Source of the DNA: Thermodesulfobacteriota bacterium
GTDB taxonomy: Bacteria; Desulfobacterota_D; UBA1144; Nemesobacterales; Nemesobacteraceae
DNA: 64,000 nt
Assembly (NCBI GenBank): GCA_965202785.1
Contig: OZ241855.1
Span: 64,001-128,000, forward strand
Reading direction: 5' to 3'
The position numbers and the translations under genes were made by a program. The notes beneath the pieces are model-generated. The model made no database searches. It had not been told where the DNA came from and saw nothing but the letters and a program-made list of their open reading frames with translations. Positions 62,092 to 64,000 of the stretch are shown in pieces. Position 1 is the stretch's first letter; each line of letters opens with the position of its first letter.

Positions 62092-63699
62092 ATGCCCAAG
62101 ATAACCATCGACGGAATTGAACTTGATGTGGACGACGGACTGAACGTCATCCAGGCCGCCGCGGTGGCCGGGATAGAGATCCCGCACTTCTGCTATCACC
62201 CTTCGCTGAGCGTGGTCGCCCAGTGCAGGCAATGCCTCGTGGAAGTGGAAGGCGTTCCCAAGGTGCTCCCCGCGTGCAACACGACCGTAAGAGAGGGCCT
62301 CGTGGTCAAGACGGACACCGAAAAAGCTTTTGAGGCCAGGAAGGCGGCCGTTGAATTCACGCTGATAAACCACCCGCTTGACTGTCCAATATGCGACAAG
62401 GGCGGAGAATGCCCGCTCCAGATGACCACTTTCGATCACGGTCCCGGTTACAGCAGGGTCGGCGGTCCCGAGAACAAGAAGGTAAGGCAGAAAAGCTACC
62501 TGAGCGACCGCATAATGTACGACGCCAACAGGTGCATCATGTGCACCAGATGCGTGCGTTTCACGGATGAGGTAACAAAAACCCACGAGCTTGGAACCAC
62601 AGGAAGAGGATTTCGGAAGAAGATCTCCGTCTTCCCCGGCAAGACGCTTGATAATGAGCTTGCCGGAAACGTGATTGACATCTGCCCGGTCGGTGCCCTG
62701 CTCCCCAAAGACACGCTTCACGAGGAGAGGGTCTGGTACATGAAATTCACAGACTCCGTGTGTTCTCTCTGCAGCACCGGGTGCAACATTACCGTGGGCG
62801 TCGATCCGAGAAAAGGAGAGGTCTCCCGCATACGCCCGAGAATAAACGAGGAAGTTAACGGACACTGGATATGCGACAGGGGAAGGTTCGACTACAAGGA
62901 GGTCCAGGAGTCGACCAGACTTAAGGACCCCATAATGAAAAGCGATAAGGACTACGAGATAGCCTCCTGGGAGAACGCAATTAACAGCGTCGGGGCCAGG
63001 CTCTCGGGAATAAAGTCGGGCGACGCGGGTGCCTGCGCGATTGCGGTATCGGCCAGGCTTACAAACGAGGAGATGTTTCTCGCAGCGAAGCTCTCGTCCA
63101 CCCTTGGGGACTGCCCGGCAATCTGCGCCACGGGAACCGGGAAAATAGAGAAGAAATTCGACCTTGTAAGCAACGACCCTTATCCCAACAGCGCCGGAGC
63201 CAGGAATCTCATGACACAGGCAAACGGAAACGATATGAAAGCTACGGTGGACTCGCTGCTTGCCGGCAGAATCAATACACTGGTGGTTATCGAAGCCGAC
63301 CTGTTCGAGATGGTTTCGGGCCACGAGAAATACGCACTTTCGAGGGCGCTTGAGAAAATCAGCTTCCTTGCGGTTATCGACTACAGGCTAACCGAGACCG
63401 CGAGATACGCTCACGTAATACTTCCAGCGGCAAGTCCCTATGAAAAGAACGGGACTTTCACGAATGACGCCGGACGGGTTCAGAGAATAAGAAAGGCCAT
63501 CCCTCCTCCCGGGAATGCTAAGTCCGCATGCGAAATACTGTGCATGATCGGGGAGCGGCTCGACAAGGCCCTGTTCAGCTACGGCTCCGCGTCGGAAGTG
63601 ATGGATGACATAAGCCTCAAGATCCCCGGATACGGGGGGATCAGCTACGACAGGATAGGTACCGTCGGGAAAGTTCTTGAACACGGCGCGGGCAGATGA
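62092..63699 (+). CDS. nuoG: NADH-quinone oxidoreductase subunit G-like protein
   Basis: IPHFCYH, CRQC, HPLDCPICDKGGEC, CIMCTRC, CPVGAL, CSLCSTGC...CDRGR. Confidence 0.9.
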   Translation: MPKITIDGIELDVDDGLNVIQAAAVAGIEIPHFCYHPSLSVVAQCRQCLVEVEGVPKVLPACNTTVREGLVVKTDTEKAFEARKAAVEFTLINHPLDCPICDKGGECPLQMTTFDHGPGYSRVGGPENKKVRQKSYLSDRIMYDANRCIMCTRCVRFTDEVTKTHELGTTGRGFRKKISVFPGKTLDNELAGNVIDICPVGALLPKDTLHEERVWYMKFTDSVCSLCSTGCNITVGVDPRKGEVSRIRPRINEEVNGHWICDRGRFDYKEVQESTRLKDPIMKSDKDYEIASWENAINSVGARLSGIKSGDAGACAIAVSARLTNEEMFLAAKLSSTLGDCPAICATGTGKIEKKFDLVSNDPYPNSAGARNLMTQANGNDMKATVDSLLAGRINTLVVIEADLFEMVSGHEKYALSRALEKISFLAVIDYRLTETARYAHVILPAASPYEKNGTFTNDAGRVQRIRKAIPPPGNAKSACEILCMIGERLDKALFSYGSASEVMDDISLKIPGYGGISYDRIGTVGKVLEHGAGR

Positions 63700-64000
63700 C
63701 TCCACTTCTGATATCAATAGCTGTCGCAAAGATAGCGCTTGTCTTTTTCGTCGTTCTGACGGTTGTCGCCTATCTCACCTTCGCGGAAAGAAGGTTAAGC
63801 GCCTTCATACAGGATCGCTACGGACCGAACAGGGTCGGGCCCTCGGGGCTGCTTCAGCCTCTTGCAGACGGCATAAAGTTTATCTTCAAAGAAGACATCA
63901 TTCCCCCGAAGGCGAACAAGACCATGTATGTAATGGCCCCGGCGTTCGCGCTTGTCACGGCCCTTGCGGCCCTCGCCGTGATTCCCATAGGAAAGGGGGT
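63696..64000 (+). CDS. nuoH: NADH-quinone oxidoreductase subunit H (5' part, truncated by the window edge)
   Basis: ATGA overlap with nuoG; AERR...IQDRYGPNRVGP.GLLQPLADGIK...KED. Confidence 0.93.
   Translation, partial: MTPLLISIAVAKIALVFFVVLTVVAYLTFAERRLSAFIQDRYGPNRVGPSGLLQPLADGIKFIFKEDIIPPKANKTMYVMAPAFALVTALAALAVIPIGKG

Noticed and set aside
62059-63324. 421-aa minus-strand ORF
   Set aside because: Antisense shadow of nuoG with no recognisable motifs.

Overview
Bacterial chromosomal window from a diderm organism (TamB, RND pump, lipoproteins, AddAB, NAD-dependent ligase); taxonomy is not established from the sequence. Most of it is housekeeping: oligopeptide ABC genes, nfeD-slipin, apgM, amidase-polX-ligA, rlmB, tamB, der, a DtxR-regulated Mn/Zn ABC operon, addAB, fumC, an RND pair, trxA, hisS, tatA, nuoG/nuoH, tRNA-Leu(GAG) and tRNA-Arg(CCT). 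The most striking region is 6420-12738, an AT-richer island with no integrase. It sits in the last 17 codons of oppA and is bounded by a 65-bp imperfect direct repeat whose four coding mismatches are all synonymous. It carries a Gabija-type OLD nuclease/UvrD pair plus an uncharacterised 504-aa protein with apparent tandem winged-helix and tandem PD-(D/E)XK domains, a candidate new anti-phage gene. Next to it is a divergent pair: a group II PLP decarboxylase that appears to lack the catalytic-loop Tyr (possible aldehyde synthase) and an aldehyde dehydrogenase. Other observations: a PolX with an Asp-to-Asn change in the polymerase triad, a relic island at tRNA-Leu, and three toxin-antitoxin loci around fumC, one with a decayed Doc toxin. 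All calls come from reading motifs by eye; no database searches were run.
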